Below are positions 10,253 through 20,428 of a stretch of 37,668 nucleotides of DNA, piece after piece (within the stretch, counting starts at the first letter, position 1; every line of letters begins with the position of its first letter). The stretch covers positions 1 to 37,668 of the forward strand of contig JAEOUG010000065.1 in the NCBI GenBank assembly GCA_016839445.1, given 5' to 3'. The notes under the pieces were generated by a model that saw only the letters and a program-made list of their open reading frames with translations, was not told where the DNA came from and ran no database searches. Origin of the DNA: Candidatus Thorarchaeota archaeon (GTDB lineage Archaea; Asgardarchaeota; Thorarchaeia; Thorarchaeales; Thorarchaeaceae). A program made the translations under genes and the position numbers.

Positions 10253-10939
10253 CTAGCAGGAGAGATAGCTGGCATAGCTCACGAACCGATATCCAAGGTT
10301 GTCTTTGAGGTCAGCCAAGAAGTCAAACATCTCGTTGCTCCTATGGTCCAGAGTGTGAATACCGACCTGAAGCGAGCCGCCGAGCTGGACCTCCAGCATG
10401 GCATCTACGGTGGGCAACCTCCGCCCGCCGTCTGATATCACCCGTGCGGCAACGCTCAGAGACCTGCCATCCAAAATCGAGTCAACGGTGTTCTCACGGA
10501 TGCAGTAAGCGAAACCGAGGTCTCTGGCCACCTTTGAGATCAGGGGTGGCGCTGCCCACTGGGGTGGCACGAATCCTTTCGGACTGATTCCGAATCCCTT
10601 TCGGATAAGGGCCCTTCCACTCTTCAGTCGTTTGAGGATCTGATCCCTCGAGAGCTTTGTGAACTCATCCTGAGACCCTGACTTGGTCGTGTGAGAGTAG
10701 CCGTGCTGTCCTATCTCCAATCCGAGCGACTGCAGGAACTGAGTGAACATCGAGTCGCGGGAGAAGGTATTCGTTCTCTTCATGAGATACATCGGCGTGA
10801 CCAGAAGGGTGTAGTCCGATATCCCTAGGTCGCAAAGGAGATCGTAGGTCTTCACTACATCATCCTCATAGACTGGTGAGATGTGGTGCACTGAGAGAAG
10901 GGCTGTTCGGTCCTCTACGATATCAACTGCCTTTCCCAA
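10253..10939 (-). CDS. DUF2334/polysaccharide deacetylase-like (NodB fold) protein
   Basis: LLSVHHISP, EIGQHGYSH, GFVPPQW and VGIHTLD motifs; TTG start with a GGTGAGG RBS. Confidence 0.75.
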   Translation of the reverse strand: MGKAVDIVEDRTALLSVHHISPVYEDDVVKTYDLLCDLGISDYTLLVTPMYLMKRTNTFSRDSMFTQFLQSLGLEIGQHGYSHTTKSGSQDEFTKLSRDQILKRLKSGRALIRKGFGISPKGFVPPQWAAPPLISKVARDLGFAYCIRENTVDSILDGRSLSVAARVISDGGRRLPTVDAMLEVQLGGSLQVGIHTLDHRSNEMFDFLADLKDNLGYRFVSYASYLSC

Positions 10940-11013
10940 TCGGCCTCACCTCAAGTCTCTCTAGATAATGAGTGCTCATGCTCCCTGAAAAGCACTACTC
11001 AAAGGTACAGGTC

Positions 11014-11250
11014 TCAGAGAGGAGGCTTCCACTGCTTGTAGGCGAGCTCTATGTCCTTGTCTGTTATTGTCTTCCTGCCGGTGTGCTTTGTGAGGTCGAA
11101 GGCTCGCTTTGCGATTGTCTCCCCGATTTCCTCGAGGATCTTGGCTAGAGTCTCCGCACCCTTGTCACTGACTCTTCCAGCACCCGCCTTTCTGATCAGC
11201 CGGTCTATTGGCGCCACTGGAATGATTCTACCTTTTGTCGATCTAGGCAA
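11014..11250 (-). CDS. Archaeal histone (HMf-like histone fold)
   Basis: IPVAPIDRLIRKAGAGRVS...KHTGRKTITDKDIELA matches the HMfA/B pattern (RVS, HxGRKT, DIELA); 78 aa; GGAGTG RBS before the TTG. Confidence 0.93.
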   Translation of the reverse strand: MPRSTKGRIIPVAPIDRLIRKAGAGRVSDKGAETLAKILEEIGETIAKRAFDLTKHTGRKTITDKDIELAYKQWKPPL

Positions 11251-11310
11251 CGTTTCACACTCCGCAAATCGGAATCAGAGGCCTGATATGCTCGTTTCGA
11301 GTCCGTTTTC

Positions 11311-11318
11311 TATTTAAG
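11311..11318 (-). promoter_or_regulatory. Putative TATA box of the histone gene
   Basis: Minus strand reads CTTAAATA about 60 nt upstream of the start codon; fits the archaeal TTWAWA consensus. Confidence 0.5.
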
Positions 11319-11391
11319 AACTTTGTAATACGGGAAACGGATGAGGAGAATCGGCGGGCTTTGAAGAGAGAACCTATCCATGGTCCTAGCA

Positions 11392-12576
11392 TCACTTGGG
11401 CCATGCTCGAAGCGTCACGATTCTGGCATCACGTATCTCTTGCTTGAGGATGTCATCGGACATGTCTTTCTCTGCGGCTTCGACCTTCTCCTTGTCAGCG
11501 AACACAGATGGATACTGAGGAGCAAGAGTGCAACACGTGACGCCCTCATCTGCGAACTTGTAGGTGCCAATCGCGCGAGCAATGCGGATGATGTCCACCT
11601 TGTCATCTCCAGCCAAGGGGCGCAGGATTGGGAAGTCGGTAACGGCGCTGTCTATGGCTCGAAGGTTGGCAGTTGTCTGTGATGCCTGCTCACCAATTAT
11701 CTCTCCAGTGACGATAGCATGAGCGTCTTCAGCGATGGCGATCTCGCGGGCCAGACGTAGCATGTTCCTCTTGCAGAACAGGCAGGTCATCTTCTTCGGG
11801 CCGTGTCCTATTGCATCGTCAAGGTCAGGTCCGTGCGGCACTATGTACATCTTGACCTCATGTCCGTACACATAGGAGGCCAGAACGCGGGCTTGCTCGA
11901 CGGCGATTTCAGAACATCGCTCATCACAGTGTGGAGTGTTGTCGAAATAGACGAAGATGGGAATGCACCCCCTCTTCATCACCTTGAAGGCTGCTACCGG
12001 GCTGTCGAGTCCCGTTGATACTGTGCAGACAACCCTTCCTTGGGTCCCAGTGGGCATTCCGCCAAGTCCCTGCACGGTCTTGGTGAAGATGTAGGCCTGG
12101 CTCTCCCTGACTTCGACATAGATCTCCTGATCTGGGGCATGGAGGTCAACAGGCAGTTTCATCGGCCCCTCGAAGATTCGCTCACCAAGCTTCTCCCGGA
12201 TGTCTTGGCTTGAGTAATCATGAGTGCCGACTCGTCGGGCATCCACCTTGAAGGACCTGCCCTTCTCGAACTCGGCCAATGCTACCTCCTCACCCCCATT
12301 CAGAATCGTTCCGAAATCAGAGGATGTTACGACAACGGGGGACGTTGACACTACGCCAAAGATCCCCGCACACACCTTGGCTGCTCTTACCGCATCATTG
12401 GTTTCCACAAAGATACGTCCGTACTGACGGTCAATGGCAGAGAATGGAACGCCATGTTCCGATAGAGCAATCTCGACCTGACGAACAAGAAGGTCCGTCA
12501 TCCGGCGTCTCGTCTGCTTGGATTTGATCCCAATCTCTCCATATCGCAGAAGTACGGCCGAATGCTCAGGGGCCAT
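11392..12576 (-). CDS. thiI: tRNA 4-thiouridine synthase ThiI (THUMP + PP-loop)
   Basis: LLRYGEIGIKS, GLGGMPTGTQG, PP-loop STGLDSPVA, CLFCKR, TGEIIGEQASQT, LRPL, CC. Confidence 0.93.
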   Translation of the reverse strand: MAPEHSAVLLRYGEIGIKSKQTRRRMTDLLVRQVEIALSEHGVPFSAIDRQYGRIFVETNDAVRAAKVCAGIFGVVSTSPVVVTSSDFGTILNGGEEVALAEFEKGRSFKVDARRVGTHDYSSQDIREKLGERIFEGPMKLPVDLHAPDQEIYVEVRESQAYIFTKTVQGLGGMPTGTQGRVVCTVSTGLDSPVAAFKVMKRGCIPIFVYFDNTPHCDERCSEIAVEQARVLASYVYGHEVKMYIVPHGPDLDDAIGHGPKKMTCLFCKRNMLRLAREIAIAEDAHAIVTGEIIGEQASQTTANLRAIDSAVTDFPILRPLAGDDKVDIIRIARAIGTYKFADEGVTCCTLAPQYPSVFADKEKVEAAEKDMSDDILKQEIRDARIVTLRAWPK

Positions 12577-12649
12577 CGACTCTCACATCCTAGGGAAACC
12601 AACTCTACCGGGTTCTCATATGAATCTACTCAACCCGAATCTGGAATAC

Positions 12650-14035
12650 TCATCTTCTCCTCAGAACGTAGACCACTGCAACGAGCACGACGATACCTAG
12701 CCCAGCTGACGCGTAGAGAATCAGATTCGGGTCTGTCGTGCCTCCATCTGTGGTGGACCCAGACGTTGTCGACGTAGTTGTGGAATCTCCCGTGGTCGAC
12801 GATGTGCTGGTCGTAGATGTCGAGACGTCGGTGACTGAGAGCGGCTCTCCAGCGTAGTAGTCAGCCATCAACGTGAAGATGTCAGTGTTGTCGATTAGCA
12901 GGTCGCCAGGGAGTGACTCGAACACTGAACCATAGCAGAAGAGCCCGACCGGGGTCGCTGTGTGGTATGTTGAACTCCAAGTAGTCGTCACGTTGGTAGC
13001 ACGTTCGACTCGAAGTGATCTTCGGTCAGATTCTTGCATGAGGCTTCCTGGTAGTACGTCATCGAGGTTGTGTCCCACAACCTTCATCCCGCCGGTTTCG
13101 TGGTCTGCTGTCACAATCAGGATAGTATCAGGATTGTCTTGTACGAATTCGAGCGCGAGAGCCACGGCCTTGTCAAACTCGATGGTTTCGAGGGCCACCC
13201 CGATTCGGTCGTTATCATGACCAGCGAAGTCGATCTGACCTCCCTCAACCATAAGGAAGAATCCATCTTCATCCTGTGAGAGGAGCTCAATTGACTTGTT
13301 CGTCATTTCCAGGATTGAGGGTGTTGCGGTGTAATCACGGTACCTCTCCTCATCCATATACGAATCCGCAAAGAGACCCAGTATCTTCCCTGACGTGAAG
13401 TCGAGCAGCGCAGTTCGATTGGTCACGAGTGTGTAGCCATTGGAGGCCATTGTGTTCAGCTGGTTTTGCGAGAAGTGCTGGAGCCCTCCACCCATTAGGA
13501 CGTCAACTCCGGCCTGTTCAACAATTTGTGAAGTGATCTCTGAATAGTCGCTCCTACTCTCGACATGAGTCATGAATGCTGCAGGTGTGGCGTGTTGAAT
13601 CATGGTCGTCGTCACCAATCCCGTAGACTTGTTCAACTTCTGAGCAATCTCCAGGATTGTCTCCAACGGCTCGCCAGATGGAGTCACGGCAATCATGTTG
13701 TTGTTGGTCTTGTTACCTGTGGCAATAGCTGTACCTGCGGCGGCGGAGTCTGTGATTTCGGCATCCAGGCTAGAAGTGATCACTGAGGCATTCCATGTCA
13801 GGGTCTCGAAACTCAGTGTGCCTGTGGCGTTATACTCAACCAGTCCGGCGAGAGACATATGCTCATATCCCATGCCATCACCAATCATCAGGATGATGCT
13901 ACGGCTCTCTGTCTGTGCGATGTTGGACTGCACAGGAAGATATCCACTTGGAGCGCCGGTGGCGACGAAGATGGGAGCTGCAAGTAGAATCACTACAAGA
14001 CACACTTGGAATCCAGAAGCACTCATGAGTCGCAT
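12650..14035 (-). CDS. phoA: Alkaline phosphatase (PhoA family), secreted and C-terminally membrane-anchored
   Basis: IGDGMG, TDSAAAGTA (Ser nucleophile), HATPAAF, EGGQIDFAGH, TADHETGG; N-terminal signal peptide; Ser/Thr-rich linker followed by a TM helix and RRR. Confidence 0.9.
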   Translation of the reverse strand: MRLMSASGFQVCLVVILLAAPIFVATGAPSGYLPVQSNIAQTESRSIILMIGDGMGYEHMSLAGLVEYNATGTLSFETLTWNASVITSSLDAEITDSAAAGTAIATGNKTNNNMIAVTPSGEPLETILEIAQKLNKSTGLVTTTMIQHATPAAFMTHVESRSDYSEITSQIVEQAGVDVLMGGGLQHFSQNQLNTMASNGYTLVTNRTALLDFTSGKILGLFADSYMDEERYRDYTATPSILEMTNKSIELLSQDEDGFFLMVEGGQIDFAGHDNDRIGVALETIEFDKAVALALEFVQDNPDTILIVTADHETGGMKVVGHNLDDVLPGSLMQESDRRSLRVERATNVTTTWSSTYHTATPVGLFCYGSVFESLPGDLLIDNTDIFTLMADYYAGEPLSVTDVSTSTTSTSSTTGDSTTTSTTSGSTTDGGTTDPNLILYASAGLGIVVLVAVVYVLRRR

Positions 14036-14116
14036 ACGGTGGGAGAAGGCAATCCAAATATTAAGTCACACCAATAGGCAAAGACTTCATATTTGGCTCA
14101 GGAAGCCAGTGCTTCG

Positions 14117-16144
14117 ATGACAGTAATCGGCGTCGATGTCGGAGGCACCTTCACCGACATCATCCTGATGAACCCGGAGACAGGGCTACAGATTGTCCAC
14201 AAGGTACCTACGACTCCGGAGAGTCAGGACAAGGCCGTAATGAGAGGCATCTCGGAACTCCTCACAGGTCAAGACCTCGAGCCTGATGATGTGGAACTCG
14301 TCGTACACGGAACCACGGTAGCCACAAATGCCATGTTAGAGAGGAAGGGTGCCAGAGTAGTACTCGTGACCACAGCAGGCCTCGAAGATGTCATCGAGAT
14401 AGGAAGACAGAACCGCGAAGAGATCTACAGCCTGGTGGCTACGCGCCCTGAACCACTGGTGAAGAGGGAGGATAGGATAGGTCTCAGGGAGCGGCTTGAC
14501 TACAAGGGTACCGTGCTAGAGAACCTATCTGAAGAAGAGATCGAGAACATTGTATCTCAGACCAAGGAGAGAAGCCCGGAATCTGTGGCCGTTTCGCTCC
14601 TCTTCTCATACGCCAACCCTTCACATGAGCAGAGAGTCCACGAGCAATTGGAGAAGTCGCTTGACGCCTATGTGGTGTCTTCCTCGAGAGTCCTACCCGA
14701 ATTCAGGGAGTTCGAGAGAACCTCGACTACAGTCCTCGAGGCATACCTCGGCCCGCTGGTTGTAGGATACCTCAAGAAACTGGATTCATCCTTAGGTAGC
14801 CTCTGCAAGAACGCAAAGCTTGCAGTGATGCAGTCCAATGGAGGGACAATCCTCGCCAGGGAGGCCAGAGGAAACGCCATAGGACTCGCAATATCTGGCC
14901 TTGCAGGAGGAGCGATAGGAGGGCATCAGATTGCGGCACAGGCGAGTCTATCCAAAGTCATCACGTTGGACATGGGCGGAACAAGCTGCGACATCAGCGC
15001 CATAGATGGAGAGGTAGTCATCAGATCAGACAACGAGGTGGGGGGCCTACCCCTTCGCACACCCAGTGTTGATGTGAAGACAATTGGTGCAGGAGGAGGT
15101 AGCATCGCGTGGCTGGACCAAGCAGGGATACTTCATGTCGGACCTCAGAGCGCTGGGGCTGTGCCGGGCCCAGCGTCATACGGGAAAGGCGGAACTTCTG
15201 CCACAGTAACTGACGCAAACCTCGTCATAGGTCGGCTCAACCCAGATTACTTCCTAGGCGGGGCAGTCAAGCTCAACTACGAACTGGCTCATGGTGCAAT
15301 CCAGAGCCTAGCAAGGACCCTCGACCTAACAGCCGAGCAGACCGCCCTAGGGGTCGTCAGGATATCTACCGCCAATATGGTTCAGGCAATACGAGAGGTA
15401 ACCATCGAGAGGGGCAAGGACCCAAGAGGGTTTGTGCTCGTCCCCTTCGGTGGAGCGGGACCAACGCAAGGCGTCGACATCGCCGAGGCATTGGGCATAG
15501 GCGAGATGCTCGTACCGCCATATCCTGGAATCACGTCTGCGTTGGGCCTCATCTGCGCTGATCTTAGAACAGACGTGATGCGCTCTCTGATTGTGCCGGC
15601 AGAACCGGAGAATGTACGTTCGGTATACAGGACCTTCGTGGAACTGAGTGATGAAGCCGCCAGGAAACTGCTCGACCAAGGAGCGAGAGTCAATGAAGTC
15701 CAACTGGAATGGACCATTGACATGAGGTATGCGGGCCAATCCCACGAGCTGAACACACCTATCAGCGGCCGGGACATCGAAGCGCTGTCAAAGACGGTTC
15801 ATGAGTTCCAGAGGATTCACGAGGGCTCTTACGGTTACTCGATGGACGGAAGATCCGTTGAGTGGGTGACAGCAAGAGTCTCAGCTCGGGCAGCACTCAG
15901 TAGATATCATTCTCAGGAACATATAGCCAGTTCGTCTGCGGAGTCCTTTGTCACTCGGAAGATAGTCCTTCCAGATGAATCCAGAGAAGAGGTCTACGTG
16001 TACAGAAGAGATACACTTGGCGCAGGATGCAATCTGGATGGGCCCTGTATCATTGAGCAGCTTGACACGACCGTCTATCTTGGGCCAAGCTGGCAAGCGA
16101 AGATGCTGGAAGATGGGTCTCTCAGGACGAGGAGGTCCAACTGA
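14117..16144 (+). CDS. Hydantoinase/oxoprolinase subunit A (ATP-dependent)
   Basis: GVDVGGTFTD, HGTTVATN, DMGGTSCD, IGAGGGSIA, PFGGAGP. ATG at 14117 is preferred over the track's TTG at 14093. Confidence 0.92.
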   Translation: MTVIGVDVGGTFTDIILMNPETGLQIVHKVPTTPESQDKAVMRGISELLTGQDLEPDDVELVVHGTTVATNAMLERKGARVVLVTTAGLEDVIEIGRQNREEIYSLVATRPEPLVKREDRIGLRERLDYKGTVLENLSEEEIENIVSQTKERSPESVAVSLLFSYANPSHEQRVHEQLEKSLDAYVVSSSRVLPEFREFERTSTTVLEAYLGPLVVGYLKKLDSSLGSLCKNAKLAVMQSNGGTILAREARGNAIGLAISGLAGGAIGGHQIAAQASLSKVITLDMGGTSCDISAIDGEVVIRSDNEVGGLPLRTPSVDVKTIGAGGGSIAWLDQAGILHVGPQSAGAVPGPASYGKGGTSATVTDANLVIGRLNPDYFLGGAVKLNYELAHGAIQSLARTLDLTAEQTALGVVRISTANMVQAIREVTIERGKDPRGFVLVPFGGAGPTQGVDIAEALGIGEMLVPPYPGITSALGLICADLRTDVMRSLIVPAEPENVRSVYRTFVELSDEAARKLLDQGARVNEVQLEWTIDMRYAGQSHELNTPISGRDIEALSKTVHEFQRIHEGSYGYSMDGRSVEWVTARVSARAALSRYHSQEHIASSSAESFVTRKIVLPDESREEVYVYRRDTLGAGCNLDGPCIIEQLDTTVYLGPSWQAKMLEDGSLRTRRSN

Positions 16145-17721
16145 TGATTGACGACCCAATCACCTTCGAGGTCATCAAGAACTCGCTCATTTCATGTGCG
16201 AGAGAGATGAGTCAGGCCCTGCGAAGAACTGCATTCAGCCCGAACATCAAGGAGAGAAGAGACTGTAGCTGTGCTGTCTTTGATTCTCAGGGAAGACTGA
16301 TTGCCCAGTCAAAGGACATTCCAGTCCATCTAGGGGCCATGCCTCTCTCTGTGAGATCCTGTGTTGATACACTTGGAGATGAATTGACAGAGGGCTCGAT
16401 GGCCCTCGTCAATGACCCGTACTCGGGAGGCTCCCATCTGCCTGACTTGACCCTCGTTAATCCAGTCTATGAGAATGGCGAGAGGGTTGCATTCGCAGCC
16501 AACCGAGCCCATCATGCAGACATCGGTGGAGAGAGCCCAGGATCTATGCCGGGCATGTCGTTGTCCCTCGAGGAAGAGGGAATCGTCATTCCGCCGAGAA
16601 TCGTTGTCGAAGAAGGGGGTCTCAGGAAGGAGCACATATCGGATATATTACAGGCCACAAGAACACCTGACGAGAGACTTGGTGACCTATCTGCCCAAGT
16701 CGCCGCAAACCTTGTTGGTGCACGTAGACTGGCCCACGTTGCAGCGGAGCACGGATGGGAGGTGCTCTCCAGGTCCTTCGAGGAACTGAGGCTCTACTCT
16801 CAGGCAATGATGCGCTCAGCACTCGCGCAACATGTTGGCGGAACTGGCCAGTTCACCGATTACATGGATAGTGACGGCGCGGGATCATGGAGAATACCCA
16901 TCTCCACATCAATCTCACTAACAGAGAGTGGAGCAACTGTGGACTTTGAAGGGACTTCAGATCAGGTCGCAGGCAACATCAACTGCCCAATCGCGTCAAC
17001 CTTGTCCTCGGTATACTATGTCTTCATCACTCTCTTTGGTCGCGAGATACCGACGAACGAGGGGTGCTGGAGCGTGATAGATGTCAAGGTTCCACGCGGC
17101 TCGCTTCTGAATCCCGAGTATCCTGCAGCAGTATCTGCCGGAAATGTCGAAACCTCTCAGCGAATTGTGGACGTGACTTTGGGGGCGATGGCGAAGATTG
17201 TACCCGACTTGGTTCCAGCGTCCAGTCAAGGCACGATGAACAACTTGGTGATAGGTGGGATGGACCAGAGGAACGAGGCACCATTCTCCTTCTATGAGAC
17301 CATCGGAGGAGGGAGTGGAGCTGCCAAGGGGCAGCATGGATCAAGCGGAATCCATTCACATATGACGAACACCCTGAACACGCCTATTGAGGCTCTCGAG
17401 ATTGCGTATCCTCTGAGGGTTAGAAGATATGGACTACGGCGCGGAACCGGCGGCGGCGGCACCTGGAAAGGTGGCGATGGCATAGTCAGAGAGATTGAGA
17501 TTATCGGAGAGCAATGCACAATCTCAATACAATCAGAACGTCGACACTCGCAGCCCTGGGGGCTCAAAGGTGGCCACCAAGGCGAACGTGGCAGGAACAC
17601 AATCATCTACGAGGGAGAGGAAAAGCCGCTCCAAGCCAAGACCTCTGTCGTGGTCCTGGATGGAGCGACGGTGAGGATTGAAACACCTGGTGGAGGGGGA
17701 TGGGGAGAGTCCCCGGAGTGA
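16144..17721 (+). CDS. Hydantoinase B/oxoprolinase subunit B
   Basis: SPNIKERRDCS, PVHLG, NDPYSGGSHLPD, HHADIGG, TPGGGGWG; TGATG stop/start overlap with subunit A. Confidence 0.92.
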   Translation: MIDDPITFEVIKNSLISCAREMSQALRRTAFSPNIKERRDCSCAVFDSQGRLIAQSKDIPVHLGAMPLSVRSCVDTLGDELTEGSMALVNDPYSGGSHLPDLTLVNPVYENGERVAFAANRAHHADIGGESPGSMPGMSLSLEEEGIVIPPRIVVEEGGLRKEHISDILQATRTPDERLGDLSAQVAANLVGARRLAHVAAEHGWEVLSRSFEELRLYSQAMMRSALAQHVGGTGQFTDYMDSDGAGSWRIPISTSISLTESGATVDFEGTSDQVAGNINCPIASTLSSVYYVFITLFGREIPTNEGCWSVIDVKVPRGSLLNPEYPAAVSAGNVETSQRIVDVTLGAMAKIVPDLVPASSQGTMNNLVIGGMDQRNEAPFSFYETIGGGSGAAKGQHGSSGIHSHMTNTLNTPIEALEIAYPLRVRRYGLRRGTGGGGTWKGGDGIVREIEIIGEQCTISIQSERRHSQPWGLKGGHQGERGRNTIIYEGEEKPLQAKTSVVVLDGATVRIETPGGGGWGESPE

Positions 17722-17734
17722 CACTGGGAAGCAC

Positions 17735-18484
17735 TTAGACGCCTAGAGAGACTCCGCCATCAAGGGCGTTGACCTTGATTGTCTTAGACTGCTCTCCAGC
17801 TGATGCGCTGATGTAGTAGACGGGAATGTAGAAACCATCAAGCTTCTTGAAAGTCAGATCGTGTGAGATGACTCTCTTGGCCCCTGAAGGCTTCTGGGAG
17901 GCAGCCTTCGATACTGCTTTCACAACCTTCGCAACGCTGTTGTACTTGCCAGCTCCGACACGTTGCTTCTTAATCCACGTCGGAGATGCGCTCTTCTTAC
18001 CCGGACCCTTGACTGTCTTCTCCATGACTCTCGCAGGCCCCCCAGTCTTCCCATCCAGAATCATCTGATCGCTGCGAGCGAGTTCAAACAACTCAACGAT
18101 GTCAATCTTCAAGGCGGGACCAGGAATGTCCTTCCCCTTCTTGGGAGTCATGACCTCTCCTCCCACAAGAGCGGCCTGGACCTGCTCATTCACACCGAGC
18201 TCCTGCGTTCTCAGTCGCAAGAACGAGAGCTCGAGGGCGGCCTCATAGTCACAATAGAAGTCATACTTGAGAGAAGGTCGTCCAATCTTGATTGCATCCA
18301 AGGACACCCCAAGAATGCCTGGAGCCTCCTGCTCAACGGTCTTGGCAGCCTTCTCAGGTTTGACCTTCGCAGCGAAGTAGTACGTCTTCTGCTTCTTATC
18401 ATCAACCTTCATCTTCGCGTGAGCGCCAGTAGTTTTGAAGCTGGCCTTTGACGGACCGGACTTCTTTGCCTTCTTCTTAGCCAT
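17735..18484 (-). CDS. Hypothetical Lys-rich basic protein
   Basis: Long ORF directly downstream of gltX on the same strand; likely start MAKKKAKKS after GGAG; C-terminal FYIPVYYI...KVNALDG beta motif; no family recognised. Confidence 0.7.
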   Translation of the reverse strand: MAKKKAKKSGPSKASFKTTGAHAKMKVDDKKQKTYYFAAKVKPEKAAKTVEQEAPGILGVSLDAIKIGRPSLKYDFYCDYEAALELSFLRLRTQELGVNEQVQAALVGGEVMTPKKGKDIPGPALKIDIVELFELARSDQMILDGKTGGPARVMEKTVKGPGKKSASPTWIKKQRVGAGKYNSVAKVVKAVSKAASQKPSGAKRVISHDLTFKKLDGFYIPVYYISASAGEQSKTIKVNALDGGVSLGV

Positions 18485-18536
18485 GATAATCTCCAGTACG
18501 GCCACTGGCAGTCCTGCTATATGTTCTCTTTGGCCG

Positions 18537-20294
18537 CTACTTGTGAGCGAACGCTACTCTGATGGCCCCATCAGACTCGAAGATTCTGCCAAAGCCTACC
18601 CTCTCGAACTGCAGAAAGGTGCCCACCGGGAGCGAGGCCAGCCCAGGCTCGGCGAAGCCCTCGGTACATGACCCGTCAATCTCAATTAGCTGAACGGGGA
18701 TGCAGTCTGCTTTGGGAATCCAGTGGATGATTGGACCATTGATTCTCCGGACTTCATCAACGGGAACACTGTGAAACTCGCCTGTTGGTGGTTTCTTCTC
18801 TGTGAGTGTGAAGTTGGCGAGGTCTTTCAGACGAAAGATACTTCCCTTACTCATTCCGTCTAGGTCTCGACCCTGCAGACCGAACTCCGCGCGGCCTTCC
18901 GAAGCGCTAATGGGAATCTCGCGCATTCCTCTATCGGGAAAATCAGGGTGAACCGGCACAGAGGCGGTCTCGATTCCAGGAGGTATTCCGGTGAGCTCTG
19001 TCCATACCGGATCCCGAACGAAGAAGGCTCTAGGAGCATCAGCATCCCGAATCTTCCGATTCTCGGAGTAGACAGACTTCATGGATATGGTGATGTCGAC
19101 AACACTGAGTCCTAGGTCTAGCATTGCCTTTCGGACTGCTTCCGGATCGATGCCTCGGCGCTGAAGGGACTGAAGACTCCATGTTCTCGGGTCATCCCAC
19201 CCAGCGTATGTTCCATCCATGACCTCACGTCGAGACTTGCTCTTACTCAGTTTGGCGTCCTGAAACTTCAGCCGGCCGTAGTAGAGGAGCTCTGGATGCT
19301 TCCATCCGTACAGGCTCCAGATGTGCTGCTCAATCTTCCCTTCCTTAACAAGGTCCTTTCCTCTCACAATGTGTGACACACCAAGCTCGTGGTCATCGAT
19401 GCCCCAGGAGTATTCCAGGAGAGGCCACACACGATATTTCGAACCGACACGAGGATGTTCGGTTTCGGAGATTCGCAGAATCACATGGTCACGCATTGCA
19501 GGGTCGGGGTCCTCCATTCCGGTCTTGAGTCGGACCGCTGCTGCGCGCTCAGGATAGGTTCCATCGAGCATCTTCTCCCATCGTTCGAGGTTTTCGTCAA
19601 CTGACAGAGACCTACACGCGCAGGCCTTACCCTTGATCTTGTGCTCTTTGCGCCAGACGTTCGCGTCGCAGTCGCATACGTAGGCCTCCTGCTTTCTTAT
19701 CAGATCGACTGCGTATTTGTAGAAGAGATCAAGTCGGTCGGACTTGTAGACCGTCCTGTGATACTTGACACCAAGATAGTCCAGGCCCTCAGGAATCAAA
19801 TCAAAGGCATCAGGCTCAACGACCTTCTCGACGGATCCTATAGTGTCGTCAAACACCAAGATCAACTCACCGTTGTATCTCTTCACGTAGTAGTCATTGA
19901 GAACGACCATCCTAGCGTTACCTATGTGGAGAGGACCTGATGGGAACGGAGCAAGTCTCATCACAACCTTGTCCCACTTCTCCAGATTCGGCAACTCAGG
20001 AGGCGCCTTGTCCTCCTCCGTATCAGGCTCAGTGTCGACCTCCAGAAGCTCAGGCGCGACCCGCTTCAGCTCAGCGACCTGCTCCTCAGGGCTCATCTTG
20101 CTTATTTCGGCCACGGACGCGCTCACCAAGTCCTTGACTTCCTTTGCTCGAGACCTGAGATCAGCTCTTGAGCCAAGAAGCACGCCCATTACTGATTTGA
20201 CATCCGGGGTCCCTTCATACTTGACTGCATTCTCTAGAACAGCCTTCCGGACCACATTCTGCAAGTCGCTCATCAACAACAGCTCTCGTTCCAT
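18537..20294 (-). CDS. gltX: Glutamyl-tRNA synthetase (archaeal type)
   Basis: RLAPFPSGPLHIGNAR (HIGH), FDDT, YVCDC...CACR Zn site, RGKDL, KLSKS (KMSKS), QFERVGF. The start may be the second ATG (20273, MSDLQ). Confidence 0.95.
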   Translation of the reverse strand: MERELLLMSDLQNVVRKAVLENAVKYEGTPDVKSVMGVLLGSRADLRSRAKEVKDLVSASVAEISKMSPEEQVAELKRVAPELLEVDTEPDTEEDKAPPELPNLEKWDKVVMRLAPFPSGPLHIGNARMVVLNDYYVKRYNGELILVFDDTIGSVEKVVEPDAFDLIPEGLDYLGVKYHRTVYKSDRLDLFYKYAVDLIRKQEAYVCDCDANVWRKEHKIKGKACACRSLSVDENLERWEKMLDGTYPERAAAVRLKTGMEDPDPAMRDHVILRISETEHPRVGSKYRVWPLLEYSWGIDDHELGVSHIVRGKDLVKEGKIEQHIWSLYGWKHPELLYYGRLKFQDAKLSKSKSRREVMDGTYAGWDDPRTWSLQSLQRRGIDPEAVRKAMLDLGLSVVDITISMKSVYSENRKIRDADAPRAFFVRDPVWTELTGIPPGIETASVPVHPDFPDRGMREIPISASEGRAEFGLQGRDLDGMSKGSIFRLKDLANFTLTEKKPPTGEFHSVPVDEVRRINGPIIHWIPKADCIPVQLIEIDGSCTEGFAEPGLASLPVGTFLQFERVGFGRIFESDGAIRVAFAHK

Positions 20295-20428
20295 TCTCTT
20301 GGTGGTTCATTTAACTTTGACTCACATTGCACAGTTTCAATGACGTTGAGAGGTTTGTATCTCACGGAGACGCTTATTTGGGGAATTTGGGGAACCTAAG
20401 TAGTAAATCTCGACTCAGGTGCGAAGTA

